Positions 1-14,090 of a DNA stretch of 64,000 nt are shown piece after piece (the stretch's first letter is position 1; every line of letters begins with the position of its first letter). The position numbers and the translations under genes were made by a program. Origin of the DNA: Tachypleus tridentatus. Its lineage: Eukaryota. The notes below the pieces were generated by a model. The model was not told the DNA's origin. It saw nothing but the letters and a program-made list of their open reading frames with translations, and did no database searches. The stretch covers positions 230,313,567 through 230,377,566 of the forward strand of contig NC_134837.1 of the NCBI RefSeq assembly GCF_004210375.1. Direction: 5' to 3'.

Positions 1-1913
1 GTAATAACTTTCTGATGCACACACTAATACACCCTAATATACACCAGTTACGTGTGCTGAATTTTATCGTTATTTTATTTCTTTAACTTGTTTAAAATCT
101 CAAACAAACTAACAGAAAGAGTTGTAATTTACAAAAGTAAACGTTGTGTTAAAAACAAAAAGCCTTTTTCCTGGTTATTCAACTGCCTTATCCTTCCACT
201 TCCTTCGTGTAGCACCAAAGCATGGAGAGAAAGTTTAGCGAAGGTTTCTTCATGTTCTATTCAATAAATAAATAAATAACTGTTCATGAAGACAAAACAT
301 AACACAATAACCATTTATTCTTCTGAATTTACTTATACCTTTTAACACCAAGCGTCTTAAGAAATATTTCTCAAACTGGCCTAAAATTTATGATTAAAAT
401 CACGTTACACATACGTGTTTTTTCATACATTATATTGTAAAATTTAAAATCAGAGGCATGTAAAAACATCTTAACATCTTCCACAAGCCACTGTTCTAAA
501 GCCTATCTCCAGTACCAGAACTCCTCAGTTGGACTCTATGAAACACTACTGATATATACAATACAAATACTTTAAATGTTACGATTTATCGAAATACTGG
601 CGAGGTATTAGAAAGTAATTTTAAATCCGCTATGGGCAAATAAAGAAGAATGAAGAAAACATATCTGCAGTTAATGTGATTTTTATCACATACTTTAGTC
701 CTGTTTTTAATGCTTCGCCAACTTTCAACGTTTAAACTGTAATTTTTCAAAATGCTTTTAAAAAATTTCTTCTTCTGTAATTACAATACTTTGAGCATTA
801 TCAACAAAGGTATTATACAAATTTAACTTTCTACAGTTTTTGTTAATTTGAAAGTAAGTGCATTTATTTAAAACTAACACAGGAGCATATCATGTATGTA
901 AATATCCATACCTGTGTTTCTCTAAAGGTTTAGCTCTCACTAACCAGATATTCACACATTACTTATAAAATCTTCTGTATCAACTATATTCTCTAGAATG
1001 AACACATTTGATGACAATAAAGATTCAGTTCTTGTTTCTTGAAAAGCAGACCAAAACTGTGACGACTGTTGGGAGAAGAAACAGGACTTTTACAAAATGT
1101 TCAGTTTCTTCTAAAATTCCAATTCGGAACATATAAAGCAATAACTGAAATGTTCCAGTTCCATTTGTATAGCTGTTTCATGCATTAAAAGAGTGCCCTA
1201 ATATCCATCCATAATGTGTTAGTTATAAGTTGTACAGTAGGTCACACTGATACAAAAATGTTATCACAGAAATACTATCCACTGTAGTAAAGAAATGCCT
1301 TATGACAGAAAATAAGTATATTAAAATAGACAAATATCGTATATAAGTTATGTTGTGTAGTATTGGAAATCTTTTCACTAATTACGGGAAGCATGAAGTA
1401 TGTGACACAAATTCTACAAACCTGTATATGTTCAATTTTCACGTTCATCTGTGTCCTATATATTTATTTCTCTTACATAAATTAACTACTGACAGAAATG
1501 TAAAACGAAAAGAAATGCTATTGTTTGGTGGTTTCTAGCAAACGTAAGGTTCCTTTATAGTCCCATCCCTTGATATAACATAAAACAAAATGTGAATTGT
1601 GTGTACCGTGACGAAAAATGTAATTGATAAATATGTAAAGAAGGGGTCCAATGAGATTCGCTATGTCGTTGTATGGCATGGTACATAAAGTTTGAAGACA
1701 GCTTCAATGCGTAAGAAAAAAAACTATTAAATTTAATATGTTAAAAATAAAAATTTGTAATACAGTTCCTTCGTTACTCATTCAAGTCGTCTTCAAACCT
1801 CATCGTTCTAAGTGGGTTCTTCGTCATCATGAAAGTTGGTAATCTTTCAACTCAAGCTCAGGAATGAAGACAAATTCCGGTGATCTCTTGGTAAAACGTA
1901 CGGGTTCTGTTTG

Positions 1914-2160
1914 CTTGTTTTTTCAATTTCTCGCAAAGCTACACGAGGGCTATATGCGCTAGCCGTCCCTAATTTAGCAGGTTAAAACTAGAGGGAAGAC
2001 AGCTAGTCATTACCACCCACCGCCAACTTTTGGGCTACTTTTTTGCCAACGAATAGTGGGATTCCACGTTACATTATAACGCCCTCACGGCTGAAATGGT
2101 GGGCATGTTTGATGTGACGAAGATTCAAACCAGCGACCCAAAGACTACGAGTCTTGATAT
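1914..2160 (-). mobile_element. SINE-A copy, old and diverged.
   Basis: It contains ctcgcaaagctacacgagggctat...ccaacgaatagtgggatt...ggctgaaatggtgggcatgtttgatgtgac, which is homologous to the consensus. Confidence 0.7.
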
Positions 2161-2224
2161 GACAATTGAGATATCAACAATATCACACTTACTCACAGTA
2201 TATTTGTATTTAAACCATGTTTCA

Positions 2225-2343
2225 GATACAACGACCCCACGGCTGAAAGAGTGAGTATATTTGGTGTGACGGGGATTCGAACTACGACCCTCGGTTTATG
2301 AGTTGAGCTACATAGCCACTTACATGTAGCCATGCCAGGTAGG
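2225..2343 (-). mobile_element. SINE-A partial copy (tRNA-like head half only).
   Basis: It contains ccacggctgaaagagtgagtatatttggtgtgacggggattcgaactacgaccctcgg...catgccagg. Confidence 0.55.
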
Positions 2344-3189
2344 CGCATGGATAAATTCTAGTAGTGTGTGAGAACAATAATGAAAGAAGTCTATACTGGT
2401 TAAACTGTTACGAGAAGAATGTTTTTGTAGTACATGTTGGAATATTATGTGCAGTTTTTCTAACTTTATTAGGGAGGGATGTTGAAATATTGCTGAGAAT
2501 TCAGAAAACAACCACAAGGGTTATTAAAGGTTTGGAAGGGTTATCGTATAAGGATAGGTTGAAACCTCTTGGGACGTATATACTAAAGAGAATAAAGTCT
2601 TGTGAAACACGACTGAGATTTTTGATAGTTTGACGTTTTCATAAAAATCTTGCACTACGACAAGATTCTAGTTTAAAATATAGAAAAATCAGTCACAGCA
2701 TTACTTTTTTAATAGACTAGCCAGTCTCTGGAATGGTTTGCTTTCAACTATGGTAGAATCCAAACATCAAAACTGAAGAACTATAGGGAAGACAGGATCA
2801 GTATTTTTGAGACAAGGATTGGATATAGGAAAGAGAATTTGTTTAACAGGTTTGAAGTGGACTACCATGACTATGGTGAAGCTGTCTGGATTGAGCCTAG
2901 GATATCCACATAAATATGGGAATAATCAAAGATATTTTCGACGGGCAAATCCTAAGGATGAGGTACTTGTTAAATATCATTGCTGATGAAAAGTGAATAG
3001 TATCCGCTATACAGAAAAATAACAGTAAAATAATAAACTACATTATCTAACTTTGATAATAAATGATTGCTTTATTAAACACTTTAATTTCATATTTCAT
3101 CAATTTGTTATATGAAATAATATAACAAAACAAGCTTCAAAATTAATAGTTTTAATTAATTTACCACCTGCGCCAAATGGTACATTCGT

Positions 3190-3300
3190 TTGTGTTTGTT
3201 TTTAGTTTAGCACAAAGCTACACAAGGAGCTATCTGTGCTCTGCACATTCGAGCGGTATAAGTCTGCACACATATCGATGTTCCACTGGGTGGGGAGCAA
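3190..3300 (-). mobile_element. SINE-C-like diverged copy.
   Basis: It contains tttagtttagcacaaagctacacaaggagctatctgtgctctgcacattcgagcggtataagtctgcacac. Confidence 0.35.
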
Positions 3301-4409
3301 ATACATTCATTAAGTCTATAGCACCACTTTCATAGCCTGTAATTAATGCAACATTTTATCGGTAAAGCAAGCGCCTATGATTACGCAGATCAGCTGTTTC
3401 CAAAATATTCTGAACAAAAGTGTAATTATTGAAATATCCCTCTCCTCCTCAAAATAAATTCTAGGTTCACCCCTTGTTTGGAGTACGTATGAGCAGTAAA
3501 GCTCCCTCAGTATCATATGTCCGCGGAGTTATAACACTAGAAAACAGGTTCCGAAACTCATGGTAGACAGAGCACATTTGTAGTTTTGTGCTTAAATTCA
3601 AACAAACAAACAATTAGTAGAATAGTAAAGATTGGTCAAGTGGCATCTTATTATCTCTAGAAAAGAAATAAAATAAAAAAAATTATTCGAGTTTCGCTGA
3701 TGCACATAAAGTAAATCTGTTATAGTGAAGAAATAAACATTTATTAAACATAAAGTTTATAAGAATCTAAATTTTTCATTTCTTGCACATTCATCAATAC
3801 ATAATGATTGAAAAAAAATAAATTAAGTACAAAACCACCCAAACGCAACACTTCAATAACATATTTATCAAGTTAGCAGTAACTAAATTTAAGCATCGAT
3901 AAATGACATGTGTTAAGCCTTTCACACACAGCGAATGTAAATTTAAAAATGTAAGGCTTGGTTCGTGAAAGATATATTGTTCACTTACGGACAAAACAAG
4001 ACACCAATAAAAAAAATTACACACAACATGAAGTATCACAATTCTATTTCAAGCATCACAATTGTCGCATAATTTCAATCTCATTTTTAATTATACCAAG
4101 AAAAACATTTCAACAATTGACTGGACAAGGTGAATTCATGCTTAAAGTATCGTATCAGGAATAGCTACGGTAATATATCTATGCACGACTGAATGTGCAT
4201 TATCCGTTTCTTTGAGAACAGTTAGAATCTAGAGACAAAATGCATGATTTGATCTTTATCATCATTGTTTTACATATCTCACGTAGTAACCTTAAAACTC
4301 GAAAACAATTAGCATAAACATCAAAATGCTGAGAGATAATTTAGTTTAATGACGCTTCCTGGTACTACCATGAACTGTACACTCTGATAACCCTGAAATA
4401 AATTACAGT

Positions 4410-4660
4410 TACTGACTGGTAGAATGTGACGTGTTTTTTAGTACAAACCTCTAATACTGTTAATTTGTAGAATGTAACACTGGTGATTTAGAACGCTAGA
4501 AACCGGGTTTCATTACAGAGCACAGATAATTCATTGTGTAGCTTTGTGCTTATTCAGTGTGACGTCTGTTTCAGTACTAACATCTAATACATATGTACTC
4601 GCGCTTACTGACATGTAACATCTCTTTTAATAGTAACCTCTAACATACACGTATTCTTCC
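4410..4660 (+). repeat. Imperfect tandem repeat (~55-100 bp unit) with an embedded SINE-C fragment.
   Basis: The motif gtgacgtgttttttagtacaaacctctaatactg recurs as gtgacgtctgtttcagtactaacatctaatacatatg and gtaacatctcttttaatagtaacctctaacatacacg. Confidence 0.5.
4498..4558 (+). mobile_element. SINE-C 3' fragment.
   Basis: It contains aaccgggtttcattacagagcacagataattcattgtgtagctttgtgcttattcag. Confidence 0.45.
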
Positions 4661-5644
4661 AGAGCAGAAACCTAAACCTATATAATAGCAAACTAAAATA
4701 TATTGAGATCGTCTTAAAACAAGACAGCTGGCTCATTATACCTATTGCGAACTTTGAACTATTATTTTCTGATGAACTATTGGGACTTGACCCTCACTGT
4801 TATGATGCACCCACAACCCTAAAGTGCAGGAAGAGATATTGCGATAATGATAGTCGAAGCATGAAACTTTTAATTCACATTCCGGAAACACTAACCGCTA
4901 CGCTATGCCCAATATCTGTGTAACATTTGAACATTTTGGTAGAGATGCTTAACTATAAAAAATTACGTAAATTTTTATATGCTATCGAGCAGTAACTATA
5001 AATTGTGGTTTCAATAAAGAGAATTAAAAATAACCTGATCAGATGAGTCAACATTCACTCTTTACCCACTCACTGAAGGTATATATGTGTGGAAACAGTT
5101 CAAGAAAGTGTGTGTAAACCTCACATAAAGTCGACCTGAAGAAGACCTCAGTATAGAAAATGAAACGTCATTCCTATGTGGCTCAAAGCGGCCCGACACC
5201 TCACTAAACTTAAATGGATACATATTTACATTTCTTGTCAAACCGCTCTGTAGTCTACATAAGTTACTGTATGAATTCTAATAATCAGTATGAGTTCAAA
5301 AAACATAATATGTTGAACAGTGTAGCGCACACGGCAAATCTGAAACAAAACAACCTAGATATATTTAGAATATAGTGCCATAAACATTTTAAAATGTGGT
5401 ATATTTTAGACGAGAAAAAAGGAAGATAGAAACATGCAGCAGAGTACAGTTTTTGTCGCAACACAAGTCTTATACCACTTCTACAAAACCTCTGGCATTC
5501 CCAATACATTTATGGGCTTGTGTTAAACACACTGATACGTATGCATCTTGGAATGCTATTCTTTGCTTTCCTGATATCATTTTTGAGGCTGACATTTGTA
5601 AATGGACGTGCATTTTAGATTGCAGACTTCATGTATTTGTTTCT

Positions 5645-5755
5645 TTTGTTAGGCGCAAAGCTACAATATGAACTATGTGTGTTCTGCCAACAAGTCTCGA
5701 AATCAGATTTTTAGCGTTATAACCCTTAGACTTACCACTGAGCACAAAATCTATG
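5645..5755 (-). mobile_element. SINE-B/C-like diverged copy.
   Basis: It contains ggcgcaaagctacaatatgaactatgtgtgttctgcc...gatttttagcgttataacccttagacttaccactgagc. Confidence 0.4.
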
Positions 5756-5874
5756 GTAACATTCGCAAAGCCAGCCAAGCAGTTCACCTGGTGAACAAAA
5801 AAAAAGGCAAAATGACACTGCGTAAATCATGGGATGTACCGTTAATTCCTAAGCCTTATTGGTTTGATTTGATT

Positions 5875-6040
5875 TATTTTGAATTTCGTGCAAAGTTACA
5901 CGTTATATTGTGACGACTAATCCCACTATTCGTTGGTAAAAGAGTAGCCCAAGTACAGTGCTAAATTAGGGACAGCTGAAAAGGCGAGCATGAATGGGGT
6001 TTCGAACCCGCGACCCTCCCATTACATTTTCCTATTTATA
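5875..6040 (-). mobile_element. SINE-A, rearranged and truncated copy.
   Basis: It contains gaatttcgtgcaaagttacacg...cccactattcgttggtaaaagagtagcccaag...ggcgagcatgaatggggtttcgaacccgcgaccctc. Confidence 0.45.
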
Positions 6041-6112
6041 TATATATATATACATAGTTGTTACTGTTAATATGATATATATACATACATATATATATAT
6101 AAAAGCAAAATT
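6036..6112 (+). repeat. (TA)n/(ATAC)n microsatellite.
   Basis: It reads tatatatatatatacatag...atatatacatacatatatatatata. Confidence 0.9.
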
Positions 6113-7477
6113 ACCCATCCTCACTGACAGAAAAAGTTTAAGTTCATATATCAGTTTATTTAATAGACTGAAAAAGGTTAATTGGTGAGCAGTTTAGTCA
6201 CGCTAAGAGCCACTCAACAATAACAAACCATAAATCTCCATTTATATTTTTTCAGTTACGTCATATTTTGAAATGTGAACGAAATTCCAATCAACTTAGT
6301 ACAGAATATCATTCTTGTGAAATAACAGTTCGGTATCAACACTATTTATGAATGTCTTCCCATCATTGCAAAAAACAAACATTGAGCTCTGTCTGTGTGT
6401 GCAGTTTTTCAAATTAGAGAGAGACGAATATAAGATATTTTAAGTCTAAGAAAATGGAAATGATAAACTAGACGTTCCTTATTATTCTTTTTAAATATTT
6501 ACAAATAGGGAAATAGTAACCATTTATATTTACTGTTTTGCATTTCATGGTTGCTGAAAATTGGTAAAACGGAAATGTCCTTATGCATACCTCACACAAA
6601 CTGATATGCCTACCTTTCACTGAACTTCAATTGGCGCAGAAAGTTCTAATCTTCCGAGCTTGGAGGAATGGGGAAGTGTAAATTGAAAAATAGGTACGAT
6701 GAGAATTTTAATGATAAATCAGACATTATATAACGCAAGTCTCTCCCGCAACCATTATAAGAGTTCTCAGATAGTCATGTTGAATTCCCCTTTCGACACA
6801 GCATTTATTCTTATACTTATGCCAATTTCGTTATAAAAATTACCTTACAGTCGCCCTGAACCATCTGGTTCAACTTCCTGTCTCTTTAAAGAAAAACTTC
6901 TAGCTACGTCTTACATTCAGCCGGTCAGTCATGCCGAACGAACCAAACGAACTTGGCAAGTATTTCGATGAAAAATCGTTTAGGTCACAGTTTGGTGAAA
7001 TAAACCACTTGATATCCAGAGTGTTCGAAGATTATTGATTTTTATTTTGATCCGCACTAGGAATAGTTGACGTGAACAGATTAGAAGATTACAGGAGTTT
7101 AATTAATGAACACGGTACTGAGAGACTGAAAGCAGTTAAAAAAACAGTCATGCCCGGAAGAGGAAAGAAGACAAAGCCAAAGCAGGTAAGTCCAGCGACG
7201 AGAAGATCCAAGGAGTAGAAAATTCGTCAACGAAATGCTTCAGTAAATGGGGGATCTATAAACCCAATGTCATAAATTTTTGTATGTGTGTGATGGGTTG
7301 GGGGAGGAAGACACAAGAAAACCCAATTTCACTGAACCGGAGCGCCTTAATGTCCTTTTAGTACCCAGATAAAATGCAATCTTGAATTATACTGAAATAT
7401 TACAACCTGAAAAATACTAGAAAGAATATTTATAATAAGACATATTATTTACTTACTATCTTTATATATATATGTGT

Positions 7478-7565
7478 GTGTGTGTGTGCTTCCATATAGC
7501 AAAGCCGCATCGGCTTTTAGCGTTGTAATTCCGTAGATTTACCGCTGTATCAGCTGGGGACTATC
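7478..7565 (-). mobile_element. SINE-B truncated copy, adjacent to a (tg)9 microsatellite.
   Basis: It contains atagcaaagccgcatcggcttttagcgttgtaattccgtagatttaccgctgtatcagctgggga. Confidence 0.5.
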
Positions 7566-9217
7566 TTTTTACAATGGAGCTCGCGATGTACGCGTCAAAA
7601 ACTCGAATGTCGGAAACTACTGCACCGATCACTATCAACCATAACTGGATTATATTTTTACAAATAGGTATCATTTTTATAGCTGAGCGATAAATAAAAC
7701 AATTGAAACTTCCACATGATATGTTTCAAATTTAACGAATTAAATTCACAAAAAAAGAATAAAATTTCAAATATAAAATAATCAACAAACGAAATAAAAA
7801 TAATTGTTTTCTTTAGTGAAAAATACATGAGTGATGCAAAAGAAAAGCGAGGCACTTTAACTGATAACTGTGTCTACAAAGAAATACTTCAATAAAATCT
7901 ACTATGTTATGTAATGCCGTGATGTCAGCTCATTTTGAACTAAAATTTCAATAAAGTCCTTTTACTTGTTAATGGTGAACATAATTAAATATCAATATTG
8001 ATGTATACCTGTCAGACAATTCTAAAAAAGGTCGCAAGCACAATAACCTTCCGCAGGAACTAGAAACTACACTTGCATGGAAGGCGGATATTTCTGCTAG
8101 TCGGTATTAACGGGTGTGTTTATCGTCGTGTATAAAGTTATATAGAGAAACATATTTTGTCCAGGTGGGTGGGATAGCTGATATTCAGGGGTAGAGTTTA
8201 GTGAGAAAGATTTAATCTGTTGCTTTACTACAATATTGTTTGGTCAACTTGAAAAATCTCGTATTGGTGAAGGGTAGTTCCAATTGGTATTACACATAGT
8301 GTAAAGGGGTATACTAGTCCACCCACACAGCTTTGGAGTTTTTGTACTTCACTGAACTGGAATTCTCTCATGTTACTGATACTGATACAACCATACTCCA
8401 TTATATTCTTAACGAATGTTTTGTAAATGTGAAGTATAGTCTTTGCAACAGTGTGTATGATGATGACTTATTTTTTGAGGTGTGATACATTTGGTTATAG
8501 TTTTTATGTCCGAGTGACACTTGAAGTTGTGGTTAATTGTCGTGCTTAGAAGTTTGACTGACAAAGACAGGGCGATAGGAGAGTTACATAGTTTTAGTTT
8601 TACGTTTTTAAGTTGTTCTTTTAGGTTTCTATGGAACATTATAACTTGAATCTTGCTTAGATTCTTCGATCTCTATTGTGTACGATACGAGCAAGAATGC
8701 ATGTGTTCGCAAGTTACGTGTGTGAAATAACTGTAAATACCTTTACAACATGTGCTTATCGACAGTCGACAGAAAGAAAAAAGAAAATTGGGTAAGTATT
8801 TTATTTCTTGTTTTTCATGCTTATTCTTTATTTATTATTATAAAAAGTAATTAAAATAAAAATAGAGATTTTTAGGTTAGTTAGGATTATATTATGTAAA
8901 ATATATAATAATAATTATTATACATAAAAAATGTTTTACTGAGTACGCACGCAAGCAGTTTGTAATAGTTCGTGGATAATGTAATTCGATAGCGTAACAT
9001 GAGCTGCACATGCCCCAAGTGATTAACAACTTATAGTGGCATAAATAGTAGTTAGATATGGTTGAAAAGGCAATGAAAATGGCAATAAAACAATAAAATT
9101 TAATTATAAATAGATGCATACTATTTTGAACCTAACATTACTTAATATAAACAAATGTAGTTACATGTTACAATTTGAAATAATTCCAGGAAGAAAAGGA
9201 TTGTTTTTTTTAAACGT

Positions 9218-9330
9218 GTTTTTTCTTATAGCAAAGCCACATCGGGCTATCTGCTCAGCCCACCGAGGTGAATCGAACCCTTGATTTTAGCATTGTAAGT
9301 CCGGAGACATACCGCTGTACTAGAGGGGGG
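9218..9330 (-). mobile_element. SINE-B, ~115 bp tRNA-related SINE.
   Basis: It contains ttttcttatagcaaagccacatcgggctatctgctcagcccaccgaggtgaatcgaaccc...ccgctgtactagagggggg. Confidence 0.8.
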
Positions 9331-9543
9331 CGAAGAAAAGGAGGGTAATTTAAAGTTATTTCGATTTTTTTTGTGTGTGTGAATACGGGGTCGGTCAAAT
9401 TGACTGATCCCGTAGGTGTAGGATCGAAAAAATAACAAATAAAATACAAAATTTAACTGAAAGAGAACGTTTGAAATGTATTTGGGAGGTTTTTGGGATT
9501 ACACAAAGGAACTTTGAGATTTTTGATATGTGGAAATATGTTC

Positions 9544-9672
9544 TTGTTGTTGTTGTTGTTTTGAATTAATCAGAAAGCTACACAATGGGTTATCTGTGCT
9601 CTGTCCACCACGGGTATCGAAAACTTTTTTTTAGCGTTGTAAGTCCGCAAACATACCGCTGAGCCACTGGTG
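9544..9672 (-). mobile_element. SINE-C, ~120 bp tRNA-related SINE with a (caa)n tail.
   Basis: It contains (ttg)n ttttgaattaatcagaaagctacacaatgggttatctgtgctctgtccaccacgggtatcgaaaac...gcgttgtaagtccgcaaacataccgctgagccactggtgg. Confidence 0.85.
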
Positions 9673-10197
9673 GCAGAAATATGTTCTTAATTTTAACACA
9701 AAAAGTATTCATAAAAAATATAATTTTTCTGCATGTGAAAGTCTTATAATGCTAACTGAAAGACTGCCAAAGATACACTAGCTGTATTGAAAGTTAGAAG
9801 TATTAAATGTATAAAGTCCTTATACGAGTTAAAAGAATACACATGGTCAGTCAAATTGTTGAGAGAGTTATTACTGTCATTATTTGAAAGTTTAAATAAA
9901 ACTTATATGTATGAAAAACCAACTTAGTATAGATTGAATTATTGAGTTGATTAGTCTATTATTGAGTAACCAGTCCACGGTTTAGTGATTTGTTGCCGTA
10001 AGCCAGTTTCTTCGTTCGACAGTGTGCCTATTGAGTTCATCTTTCCATAAGAAACAGTGATACGAAATTAGCAAGGGAATAGAATTACAAAGAGATATAG
10101 TTTACTTATAAAAGTTGGTTATGCTCAATGCTGAATTTGAGGCTGAATTAATAAACTGTACTTTCGGTTATTCTTTTTATCGAACATTTCAAAATAA

Positions 10198-10455
10198 TTG
10201 TTTTAGAATTTCGCGAAACGTTACACAAGAGCTCTAGCCATCTCTAATTTAGCAGTGTAAGACTAGAGGAAAGGTAGATAGTCATAACTACCCACTCCCA
10301 ACTCTTGGGCTACTCTTTTATCAACGAATAGTGGGATTGACTGCAACATTAACTTGTTCCCACGGTTGAAAGGGAGAGCATGTTTAGTATAACGGAGATT
10401 CGAACTCACTAGCCTTAGATTACGAGTCGAGCGCCTTAACCACTTGGCCATGCTG
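10198..10455 (-). mobile_element. SINE-A copy, diverged.
   Basis: It aligns along its full length to the 12764 copy, with numerous CpG-to-TpG/CpA changes. Confidence 0.8.
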
Positions 10456-11091
10456 AAACTATCCCAAAAGAAATTGCCCTACAATAGAAACCATTAAAAT
10501 TTTTATATTATGAAAATTGAGTTTCTAAAATCCACCCGTTTGTTAAAATAATTTGTTATTCTTGTGGAAACTTATAGAACTGTTTTTAAGACCATATCTG
10601 TGAAAAACAACAGCAAAAAAACAACAAAATGAACAAAGATTACACTGTTTATCCAAAAAACTGTCACACTAGCTTTACAAAGTGTACCACATATTTTTCT
10701 TCCTTTGGATATATTACACAAGTTTAAATCACCTTCTAATATATTTCTTTTAAAAACCCACCCACGTGTATGAATTCATGATACAAAACTAGTTTAATTT
10801 TACTCGTTCTACGTTATAGCCTGACATTCACTTTAAAAATGACATTTTTGAGAAACACCTTGCTTCACATTCGGAATTTATATTTATACCACATGTGTGC
10901 ATCTGAGTCAGAAAGCAGTGAAGATTTCATAAGGTATTAATTAAAAAAAAAAGCTTCTAGTAATTTAAGGTGTTACAAGTTATGCAAGACATTAAAACAA
11001 AAAGTCTAAACAATTTTACAGTTCTTAAATATAGCACTCAAGTAACACTAATTTTAAAATACGAACAATGAAACAGTACCTAGGTTAAACT

Positions 11092-11313
11092 TCAGTGTCC
11101 ACCTCGTGGAAATACTCCGAAACTTCCTTTGGCGCGGAAGCCAAATTTGGGATGAGCCTGATACTCCACTATCTGTAGCTTGCCGTAAGGATCAACGTAA
11201 CTATAGTAACCAATGACGTTTCCGTAACCATCTCGTTCTTCATAGCGGCTTTGAGGATTGTAAAGATCAGCAGTATCGTAGCCGAAACGGTAAGAATGAG
11301 GACCTTGGATACC
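11092..11313 (-). CDS. Cuticular protein with Rebers-Riddiford chitin-binding consensus, terminal exon (73 aa plus stop).
   Basis: Minus-strand translation is GIQGPHSYRFGYDTADLYNPQSRYEERDGYGNVIGYYSYVDPYGKLQIVEYQAHPKFGFRAKGSFGVFPRGGH*. It matches the chitin_bind_4 / R&R pattern (Y.F.Y...D...R.E.RDG.G.V.GYYSYVDP.G....V.Y.A....GF.A). An acceptor ...caatacag|GGT sits in phase 0 and the TGA stop is at 11092-11094. Confidence 0.65.
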   Translation of the reverse strand, partial: GIQGPHSYRFGYDTADLYNPQSRYEERDGYGNVIGYYSYVDPYGKLQIVEYQAHPKFGFRAKGSFGVFPRGGH

Positions 11314-12763
11314 CTGTATTGATGACGAGCATTAATATAGGTATCTCTATCACTGTATTAAGCATCAAAGTCTTCATAATGAAAGTTTCTACTGAAATAT
11401 TCTTTGAAATTAAAGTGTGCTAAATCTACTCTACATTAGCCTACACTCAAATATCTAAATAAGTAACTGAGATAATCTTAAATATGTCTAACTTAGGACT
11501 GACACACAATTGGATAGACCGCAAGACGCGGAAAAATAACAAAATAATGAAAAAACAATGTATTCAAAATAGGCAATACACACGTATATAATAAAAACTT
11601 TATATTTATTTGCAACGCTTAGGGCAAAAGGCTTTCGTCAGGCAATTTAAATCGTGTTACGTAGTAAAACCTTTTTGCAAATAAATATGAAATTTTGGTC
11701 ATAGACGTATATTTTACCTACTTGAACTTAGAAGAATAATCTTATATTTCAATGAACAACATATCGTAATGTTAATACTACTTAGAAATTTAGTTGTACG
11801 ATATTTCGGGGATAACACCTTTTAGTTGCATTAACTTTAAAGCTTTAAGCAACTAGAAAGAAGTAAAATGTCGATTATATTGTTTAAAACAACAATACTG
11901 CGCATATAAGAATACAGGTTTGGAGAACGAGGTGGAAAGAAGTTATAGAAAACAATACAAATTATGTATTTAATAACATAATAGTACATTTTTACTTTAC
12001 GAGTTTCTACAATTACATACAGAATTTTAAGTATAAAATCAATCCACTGTAGATTAATTTTTACCATAACTTATTATTATTGTTATGACTTTTTTATTTC
12101 TAAATGTTTTCGGATATCATTTAACACCTTGTGTATTTTTGTTAATGTTATAAAACCTTATATTATTTTGGTATAACTTCATTTTCTTGATAATAGAAAT
12201 AAACCTTATAACACCAGAATACTGTTTTTTATGTAATTAAACACTCAACGTCTCGTTTTACAACTTCTTCAGGAGCTTTCACAGGAACACAAACCCAAAT
12301 TGACAGTAAAAAAAGCTTCAAATGGTTTAAGTAACTTCTTTTCAAAATTCCTTAACACTTGTGTTTTTAACTATCAAATACCTTCTATTCGAATCTAATA
12401 ACGTGCATTTATACAGCGTGCTTTTGACATATTAAGAAGAAAAGCTTACTGTTGAAAGAAAAATATTGCTAAAATAATTAACTGTTACCTATTGTAAACA
12501 AACCTTCTATCAAGGTAGAGAGTGTAATAACAAAAATATGGGATAAAGAATAAAATAATTAAAATTATACGCACCATCCTTTGTCTTTGTTCATCTGTAG
12601 TCGTAGTTGTACGATGTCAAAGCAACTAAGCACACTGACAGAACATTTAAAGAAGCCCTTCTAAAACAACATTTTGGTGTTATGAGGTCGTTTACTTTTA
12701 GCACTAATTTCTTCTCTAAACCAATATGCACTAGAGCAATTAAATAACGTAATTATCGTGGAT

Positions 12764-13040
12764 TGTTTGTTTGTTTTTGAATTTCGCACAAAGCTACTCG
12801 AGAGCTATCTGTGCTAGCCGTCCCTAATTTAGCAGTGTAAGACTAGAGGGAAGGCAGCTAGTCATCACCACCCACCGCCAACTCTTGGGCTACTCTTTTA
12901 CCAACGAATAGTGGTATTGACCGTCACATTATAACGCCCCCACGGCTGGGAGGGCGAGCATGTTTGGCGCGAGGGGGATGCGAACCCGCGACCCTTAGAT
13001 TACGAATCGCACGCCTTAACACGCTTGGCCATGCCAGGCC
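12764..13040 (-). mobile_element. SINE-A, ~275 bp tRNA-related SINE, near-consensus copy.
   Basis: The reverse complement starts ggcctggcatggccaagcgtgttaaggcg...gggttcgcatcc (tRNA-like head), followed by a central domain and a tail ...cagatagctctcgagtagctttgtgcgaaattcaaaaacaaacaaa. It retains many CpGs. Confidence 0.9.
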
Positions 13041-13989
13041 CAATTATCTTGGAATTGAAATTATTTGTTTACCTTAACGTATAATGTTTTTACTGTCCGC
13101 AACTGTATAAAGTGTAATGCAATACTTTATTCATTCGCTTATTATTTTACTTATCTAATTTTTAGCGCAATTGTTTTATTAGGCCTAACGTAACGTGTAG
13201 ACAATATTGTATTTGTTCATTTTGATCTACTCTGAAACTAAAAATTTCTGGAGATACAAATAAATTTTACAAAATTTCAAATTATTTAAAAATACAGTGT
13301 ATTCCTTAGCGTAACAGAAAAGAAAGAATGTCATAACCCACAAAATTCTCACGCTTTAATTAAATACAGCATAAAGCGTTTTTATGCAGGCCTGTGTTGC
13401 TTTCAAAGTGTTAACACCCGAATGTATTAGTTTTGTCAGACTTAAAAACCAAACCAAGAGTTCCCAAATTTTGCCAACCGGTGGTCCTCTTCAGTTTCTT
13501 TACTTTTATGGCGGTCTCATCTCCCGTTGAAAATAGTTTTTATAATGTATAACTAGTGTATCATAATTATATTATAGTACCTTTATAGCTTGATTCTAGT
13601 TTTAAGAAAAAGAAAACAATGAAAAGAAATTTAAATATGGAAAATTTTTAAAAATCTTACGACTTATTTCAATGTGAACCATAATACTGCTTTGCTGAAA
13701 CAATCTTGCGAATTTCTGGTTCAATGTCTGACAGTTTAAAACGAAGATTCGGTTTCACATTTATCTTATTTTTATAATTCGATTTTATTTCCATCATCCA
13801 ACTCTAAATCAACTGTCTTGTTTTTTTGTGATCAGTAGACAACTGTGCCAGGCGCACAACGAATTTACACAATTCAATCTATGTTAATTACAATTATTAA
13901 TTTGGGATTAATATATATTACTATATCAGTTTTATAATGTCTTAGCATTTTACTTTATTCTTTACTCTTTCAGAAAATGGTAGTTTCAT

Positions 13990-14090
13990 AAAGTTGCTGT
14001 ATTACTGCAGACCTCCTTAAGTACTATCGCGGATACCCTGGGGGCGCGAACCATAGTGAGGGAACCTCTGGGGTAAAAAAATTGACGTTT
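13990..14090. other. Short GC-rich island in AT-rich DNA; function unknown.
   Basis: The sequence ctatcgcggataccctgggggcgcgaaccatagtgagggaacctctggggt has no match to the snRNA or 5S families I can recall. Confidence 0.2.

Noticed and set aside
7151-7192. ATG CCC GGA AGA GGA AAG AAG ACA AAG CCA AAG CAG followed by gtaagt, a possible basic first exon (MPGRGKKTKPKQ).
   Set aside because: It is too short to assign and has no downstream exon I can identify. It is noted only as a weak candidate.
13990-14090. A GC-rich 100-bp island as a possible small ncRNA gene.
   Set aside because: It resembles none of the tRNA, 5S, U1 or U6 sequences I can recall. It is kept as a low-confidence 'other' feature only.
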